DNA of 64,000 nucleotides from an uncultured virus (IMG/VR IMGVR_UViG_3300025887_000015) (Duplodnaviria; Heunggongvirae; Uroviricota; Caudoviricetes): IMG/VR virus record IMGVR_UViG_3300025887_000015, positions 1 to 64,000 of that record; one strand, 5' to 3'. Shown piece by piece: positions 59,349 to 64,000 of this stretch (position 1 is its first letter; each line of letters starts with the position of its first letter). The notes under the pieces were generated by a model. It saw only the letters and a program-made list of their open reading frames with translations, ran no database searches and was not told where the DNA came from. The position numbers and the translations under genes were made by a program.

Positions 59349-60095
59349 ATGAAAAATTTATTCCAAGAAACAAAGTTATTTTTATCACAAGATTATGACT
59401 TATTTAAATTCTTTAACTTCAATAGAGAGGCAGACCAAAACCATGTTAATAGATTAGTTGAATCGATTAAGCGTTGGGGTTTTGTTAGTTGTGTTACAGT
59501 TATTAAAACTGATGCTATTGATGGTGTAATGTCTTATTATATTTTAGATGGTCAACATAGATTTTTAGCTGCTAAAATTTTGAACATTCCCTTCAAGTTT
59601 GATGTTGTTGAGATAGCTACTACCTTAGAGTTGGCAAACTACCTAGCAGACGTTAATAATTGTGCAAAAGCGTGGGGGACAAATCAATTCCTTAATATAT
59701 GGTCAAAATTAAATATTTCAGAATACGTTAAATTATTAAAAGTTCAAACTGAAACTAAAATTCAAATCACACCATTAGTTAAGGCTTATAGTGGTAAAAG
59801 TTCAATGAATGAATTTCGTAAAGGTACTATGACTTTTACTGATGAAGCCAAGTCAGACCAAATTATTAAGCAAATTGTAGACTTGAATGATTATTTACCT
59901 AGTAAAGCATTTTGTAGACGTGCTATTATTGATATAATGAATGATAAAGACTATAACCATAAAATAATTAAGCCATTAATTATTAGACGTGCTGAAAGTG
60001 TTGGGTTTACTGAAAATGAAAATGACCTTAGAAATGAATTAAAGATGTTAGTTCGTGCATCTAAAGTTAACGCACCTAAATTAAAAGTTGCGTAA
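59349..60095 (+). CDS. ParB/Srx N-terminal-domain protein
   Basis: NRE....HV.RL..SI, ILDGQHRFLAA. Confidence 0.75.
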   Translation: MKNLFQETKLFLSQDYDLFKFFNFNREADQNHVNRLVESIKRWGFVSCVTVIKTDAIDGVMSYYILDGQHRFLAAKILNIPFKFDVVEIATTLELANYLADVNNCAKAWGTNQFLNIWSKLNISEYVKLLKVQTETKIQITPLVKAYSGKSSMNEFRKGTMTFTDEAKSDQIIKQIVDLNDYLPSKAFCRRAIIDIMNDKDYNHKIIKPLIIRRAESVGFTENENDLRNELKMLVRASKVNAPKLKVA

Positions 60096-60182
60096 ATTTA
60101 TAAAATAACCTGGTAATTATTTTGCTAGGTTATTTTTTATCTTATATTTGTAATATCAATATTTAATCAAAACAAACTAATT

Positions 60183-61112
60183 ATGTTAACAGAAAATCAA
60201 GTAAAAGTTCAAATCATTAGAAACCCTAATGTAAAGTCAAATGAGTTAGATTTTAATTTTGAAGTGCCACAAAAGTTAGGTGGACTTAAACGTGAAATAA
60301 CGGTCAAGCGTAACAACTTATTAAAGTTAGCTAAGTCAAGTACTTATACTCACATAACATTAAGTAAAAAGTTAGGAATCACATCTTATGCTTTAAGTCG
60401 TTTCTTAGATAAAGAAACCAACAACCCTATTAATGCAGAAGCTATTTATACTGCTATCTATTCAGTAGATTTGAATGAGTTAAAAGAAGAAACCAAAACT
60501 CGTTTCAATGGTGTTAATAAAATGAATATACGATATAAGTTTATCGAAGCTATTGGAAAAACTAAAAAAACACAAGGTAGGTTTTTTAGCTTACCAAGTG
60601 AAACTTGTGCCTTTGAAAATGAATTGAATATTAATTTAGAAAATAAGTTTCATTACATCGGTGCTGAATGTAAAAAAGATATTTTTGAACAAGCATTACA
60701 AACCATTGCAAAGTATAAACTTTCAATGCAGTTACATTTAGGTAAAGCAAGTGAAGTTTTAATGTCAAAAAAGAATGATTTTTTTGCTCATATATTTGCT
60801 GATTATTGTGGTACATTTCCAAGCTACGAAGCTGAAATTAGACATATTTTTACTAATAATTTAGTGATACGTGGTGGGTTAATTGGTTTAACTTTCACTA
60901 CTCGTGAAGCAAACACTAAAAATCAAACGTCTATTGAGTATCATAAATCGATTTTAGCTGAAATAGGCTCTAAAGATACACCAACTACAATTGGTGGTAT
61001 TAGATTGAAGTTATTGTCTTTTATGAGTAACAACTATAAATTTGAGGAAGTAATTGATTATTCTGATGATGGTTCACACATGGTATTTGTTTTGATAAAA
61101 AGAGTGAAATAA
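60183..61112 (+). CDS. HTH plus methyltransferase-like fold protein
   Basis: HTH-like HITLSKKLGITSYALSRFL; IGAE and FADYCG motifs. Confidence 0.45.
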   Translation: MLTENQVKVQIIRNPNVKSNELDFNFEVPQKLGGLKREITVKRNNLLKLAKSSTYTHITLSKKLGITSYALSRFLDKETNNPINAEAIYTAIYSVDLNELKEETKTRFNGVNKMNIRYKFIEAIGKTKKTQGRFFSLPSETCAFENELNINLENKFHYIGAECKKDIFEQALQTIAKYKLSMQLHLGKASEVLMSKKNDFFAHIFADYCGTFPSYEAEIRHIFTNNLVIRGGLIGLTFTTREANTKNQTSIEYHKSILAEIGSKDTPTTIGGIRLKLLSFMSNNYKFEEVIDYSDDGSHMVFVLIKRVK

Positions 61113-61125
61113 AATAACTCTTTAT

Positions 61126-61156
61126 AAATGGCCTCTAAATTTAGAGGCCATTTTTT
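61126..61156 (+). terminator. Intrinsic terminator (perfect palindrome)
   Basis: AAATGGCCTCTAAA-TTTAGAGGCCATTTTTT. Confidence 0.75.
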
Positions 61157-61224
61157 ATGTTAAATAATTAGGTTTATATATAATAAAGTCTTATATTTGT
61201 GCTGTAATCAAAACAACAAGACAA

Positions 61225-61539
61225 ATGAAAAGAGTACAAAACCTTAAAGATGTAAATATTACTCTTGAAGACTTATACAAGGGTAAAAAACAAATAAATT
61301 TACACTTGTCTGATAAACCTTATACGTTTTCACTTATCTTAAAAGATAGACATGGTGTAGATTGTAAATTGAGTTCCTTTGGTGCAAATCTTTATGTTAG
61401 AACCAATAAGGGGTTAAATTATGAAAGATATCAATCATTAAGTAGTTTACAATCTGCAATTAAACGTGCAATCAAAACTAAAGTTGAAACTGAGGGCGAA
61501 ATCACATTTTCATTATCTGATGAAGTTTATACATTTTAA
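61225..61539 (+). CDS. Hypothetical early protein
   Basis: 104 aa, own promoter. Confidence 0.6.
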   Translation: MKRVQNLKDVNITLEDLYKGKKQINLHLSDKPYTFSLILKDRHGVDCKLSSFGANLYVRTNKGLNYERYQSLSSLQSAIKRAIKTKVETEGEITFSLSDEVYTF

Positions 61540-61596
61540 TTAGGATAAATCAAATATATTTCTTATCTTTGTAATGTAATCAAAACAAAACAACAA

Positions 61597-61746
61597 ATGA
61601 CTTATCAAGACAAATTTAATGCACGTATCAATTTAAGAGCTGAACTATTAGCAATCCAATTATCAAAAGTTAATGGTATTGTTAGTAATAGTATCAAAGC
61701 AATGTATGGAATCCATACTAACAAACTTTTATATAATAAAATATAA
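61597..61746 (+). CDS. 49-aa early peptide
   Basis: MTYQDKFNAR... behind promoter 61564. Confidence 0.5.
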   Translation: MTYQDKFNARINLRAELLAIQLSKVNGIVSNSIKAMYGIHTNKLLYNKI

Positions 61747-61803
61747 TTTAAAATAACCCATCATTTATTTGGTGGGTTCATTTTTTTTTCTTATCTTTGT
61801 ATT

Positions 61804-61862
61804 GGTTGACGGGCGCACTACGGTGGGAAGAGTAGACTCCAACCTACGCTTATTTTTTTTTT
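61804..61862 (+). ncRNA. Putative small structured RNA, copy B
   Basis: Promoter 61768/61792; CAC-UACG-GUG tetraloop; GUAG-ACUCCAAC-CUAC; poly-U. Confidence 0.65.
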
Positions 61863-61937
61863 GAAAATAAATGTTAAATTATTTGGTGGGTATATAATAT
61901 TGTCTTATATTTGTAGTGAACAAATAATCAAAACAAC

Positions 61938-62363
61938 ATGACTACTCAAGCAAACATCATTTCAAGCGAAGCCCTTTATAACGTTATCAAGCGTGAAAAG
62001 AATAATAAGGGTGCTACTTTTACTATCAAGTCTAAATTGACTGGTAAGGACTTCACCTATAAGATTGCTCGTAGTGAGTTTAAAGGACGTTGGTACACTC
62101 AAGTATATGTTGAAACAGGATATATGCAATTCACTCATTTAGGTTCTTACTTCAAAGGTAAGATATATAAGCGTGGTGGTGAAATTACTTCACCAAGTGC
62201 AATAGGAATTAGTTTCGTGTTGTTTAAGGTAGAAAATAGACATTTTGAGTGGATTGACCGTCAAGCTGAAATAATGCACTTAGGTTCGTGCTTATGTTGT
62301 GGTAAGACGTTAACTGATGCTCAAAGTATAGAGCGTGGACTTGGCCCAGTATGTGCTGGGTAA
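61938..62363 (+). CDS. DUF6011-like zinc-finger protein
   Basis: CLCCGKTLTD..SI.RGLGPVC. Confidence 0.75.
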   Translation: MTTQANIISSEALYNVIKREKNNKGATFTIKSKLTGKDFTYKIARSEFKGRWYTQVYVETGYMQFTHLGSYFKGKIYKRGGEITSPSAIGISFVLFKVENRHFEWIDRQAEIMHLGSCLCCGKTLTDAQSIERGLGPVCAG

Positions 62364-62445
62364 GTCCTTAAAAAAAAAGTGTTAAAATTTTTGGTAGTTA
62401 TATAATAAAGCCTTATATTTGTACTGTAATCAAAACAACAACTAC

Positions 62446-63165
62446 ATGAAAGATATTAAATACATTTATAGATTAGGTAATACGGTTAACGTATTAAATG
62501 CTAAAGTTTCACAAAACAGTAAGATTGGAATTGGTTATATTATTCAAACATACCATTATTCAATTGAACAAGTTATGGATGCTAGTTTAGTAAATGATAA
62601 AGCAAGTTGTTTAGATTGTCCTTTATCATATAACCAAAACAATGGTAAAAGTGGTGGGTGTTATACTCACAAAGGTATGCAATTAATGGGTTTAAAATCT
62701 ATGTTAAGGGGTCTTAATAGAAAATTAAATACTATTAATGAATTTAAACAAAGTGACTTTTTTAACTTTGTTAATAAAGTTAAAGCAACTAACAAAGTAG
62801 ATTTAGTTCGTTTTGGTGCTTATGGTGAACCAATTCTATTACCTTTAAAAGTTGTTGAAGTCTTAAGTGGTTTAAGTCAAAAAACTACAGGATATACTCA
62901 TCAATGGAATAAACCACAATACCAAAAATATAATAAGTTTTTTATGTCGTCAACACATACTGAAACAGAACGTCAACAAGCTAAAGATTTAGGTTACCGT
63001 TCGTTTTTTGTTGCTACAAGTGAAATAAAGGGTTTTAAGCCACAAAATGCAGTTAATTGTCCAGCAAGTAAGGAAAGTTCTAAAAACCTTTCATGCATCG
63101 CTTGTGGGCTTTGTAATGGTACTAGCAGAGGTATTAAAAAAGATATCTATATAATGAAACATTAA
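62446..63165 (+). CDS. Cys-rich, radical-SAM-like/Fe-S phage protein
   Basis: CLDC...GCY, VRFGAYGEP, GYTHQW, CPAS...SCIACGLC. Confidence 0.5.
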   Translation: MKDIKYIYRLGNTVNVLNAKVSQNSKIGIGYIIQTYHYSIEQVMDASLVNDKASCLDCPLSYNQNNGKSGGCYTHKGMQLMGLKSMLRGLNRKLNTINEFKQSDFFNFVNKVKATNKVDLVRFGAYGEPILLPLKVVEVLSGLSQKTTGYTHQWNKPQYQKYNKFFMSSTHTETERQQAKDLGYRSFFVATSEIKGFKPQNAVNCPASKESSKNLSCIACGLCNGTSRGIKKDIYIMKH

Positions 63166-63222
63166 TTTAAAAAAGACTACCATTAATTTGGTAGTCTTAT
63201 TTTTTTGTCTTATATTTGTAGT

Positions 63223-63280
63223 ATACAAAGCAACCGAGCAAAGGTGAGAAGTAGACTCCACCCTACGCTTATTTTTTTTT
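63223..63280 (+). ncRNA. Putative small structured RNA, copy C
   Basis: Promoter 63187/63211; GAGAAGTAGACTCCACCCTACGCTTA plus poly-T. Confidence 0.6.
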
Positions 63281-63357
63281 ATAAATTAAATATTAAATTA
63301 TTTGGTAGTTAAATAATAAAGTCTTATATTTGTACTGTAATCAAAACAACAGAAATT

Positions 63358-63741
63358 ATGTCAAAAGAAATCGAATTAAAATTATCAAATGAGAAGTGTA
63401 TTGAAATTTTCTTTAATGCTTTGTGTAATGGCTTAGGTTACATTGGTGGTTATGGTATAACCATTGATTGTGATAGAGATGCATATAATGATGCTAGAGC
63501 CAAGTTAGATGTCCCAGCATTTGAGGACGTGTTAATTCAAGTATTAAAAGATGGTGGTGTTATTCAATTCGTGGATAACGAAGGTGAAGAAACTACTGAT
63601 GTTACCTTAGATATGGTTTTAGAACGTATACCACAAGTTGAATTAGATACTCTAATGGAGATGATTCAAGAACAAGATGATGCGTGTACTGCTGATATCA
63701 TTCTACAAACTGTTATCTACGGAGAAGTTCAATTCGGATAA
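63358..63741 (+). CDS. Hypothetical early protein
   Basis: 127 aa, own promoter. Confidence 0.6.
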   Translation: MSKEIELKLSNEKCIEIFFNALCNGLGYIGGYGITIDCDRDAYNDARAKLDVPAFEDVLIQVLKDGGVIQFVDNEGEETTDVTLDMVLERIPQVELDTLMEMIQEQDDACTADIILQTVIYGEVQFG

Positions 63742-63804
63742 AATTAATTAAAAATAACCCATCATTTATTTGGTGGGTTCATTTTTTTTTCTTATCTTTG
63801 TATT

Positions 63805-63862
63805 GGTTGACGGGCGCACTACGGTGGGAAGAGTAGACTCCAACCTACGCTTATTTTTTTTT
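63805..63862 (+). ncRNA. Putative small structured RNA, copy D (identical to B)
   Basis: Part of the 112-bp exact repeat 61750-61861 = 63751-63862. Confidence 0.65.
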
Positions 63863-63956
63863 ATAGCAAATGTTAAAATTTTAAAATAAGTGTTAAAATA
63901 TTAGGATGGTATATAATAAAGTCTTATATTTGTATTATAATCAAAACAACAACATT

Positions 63957-64000
63957 ATGACAACTACACAAACAGAACTTTCAGAAGCTTATTCAATGTT
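63957..64000 (+). CDS. Early protein, truncated by window end
   Basis: ATG after promoter 63925. Confidence 0.45.
   Translation, partial: MTTTQTELSEAYSM

Larger units (their letters stand above)
51393..63950 (+). promoter_or_regulatory. Array of about 28 Bacteroidota-type early promoters (TGTTAAA...TTTG/TAGG-N~20-TA(T/C)(A/C)TTTG...TGTAATCAAAACAAC)
   Basis: -7 boxes at 51513, 51836, 52683, 53141, 53816, 54309, 54848, 55433, 55770, 56160, 56528, 57164, 57618, 58070, 58727, 59137, 59304, 60143, 61192, 61564, 61792, 61906, 62414, 63211, 63325, 63793 and 63925 (+), plus one on the minus strand at about 51393-51400. Confidence 0.85.

Noticed and set aside
1141..60822. Many antisense ORFs in the six-frame track (e.g. 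13253..13858, 30751..31305, 22743..23093, 46586..46954)
   Set aside because: They lie opposite well-supported genes, have Ser/Leu/Phe-rich shadow composition and lack promoters.
61806..61815. TTGACGGGCG is complementary to the conserved 16S rRNA CGCCCGTCA(A) decoding region
   Set aside because: The match is only about 10 nt, is absent from copies A and C, and TGACGGGC also occurs in the terminator at 23143; it is compatible with chance.
55775..62445. TTG-start N-terminal extensions (MHCNQN, MYCNQN) suggesting a shared peptide motif
   Set aside because: These are translations of the repeated promoter/leader TTGTACTGTAATCAAAAC; the real starts are the downstream ATGs.
59149..63862. sRNAs as tRNAs, hammerhead or HDV/theta ribozymes, or 5S rRNA fragments
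   Set aside because: There is no cloverleaf, TTC loop or CCA, no CUGANGA/GAAA core, and the helix order does not fit HDV-like folds. The resemblance of GGGAAGAGUAG to 5S rRNA is short and not kept in copy C.

Overview
This is a 64-kb AT-rich segment of a large T4-like tailed (myovirus-type) phage. The host is most likely in the Bacteroidota, because TTTG-N19-21-TAnnTTTG promoters occur throughout and genes have A-rich leaders without Shine-Dalgarno sequences. Positions 1-6.3 kb hold a glycosyltransferase, a sigma-like protein and baseplate-type genes. Positions 11-28 kb (minus strand) hold the head/packaging module: major capsid, scaffold, prohead protease, intein-containing portal, large terminase and a tail-tube-like gene. 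Positions 28-50 kb hold accessory genes: thyA, KTSC, ClpC-like ATPase, an ART-like polyvalent protein, a Mom-like DNA modifier, RNase H-like, LRR, thioredoxin and HNH nucleases. A G-run island lies at about 50.6 kb, followed by an early region (51-64 kb) of small genes, most behind their own copy of a conserved host-type promoter (about 28 copies). The most unusual items are: (1) four independently promoted ~55-nt structured non-coding RNA units with a variable 5' part and a conserved GUAGACUCCA(A/C)CCUAC hairpin; (2) a tandem array of five Gly-X repeat micro-proteins sharing an MNIKIS(R/K)G leader and GWGDG motif; (3) a Pro1/Cys-F4 class-3-like HNH intein in the portal; (4) a gene bracketed by a 14-bp inverted repeat with a three-way-junction leader; (5) candidate -1 and +1 programmed frameshifts. 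All calls are from motif reading by eye; no database search was run.
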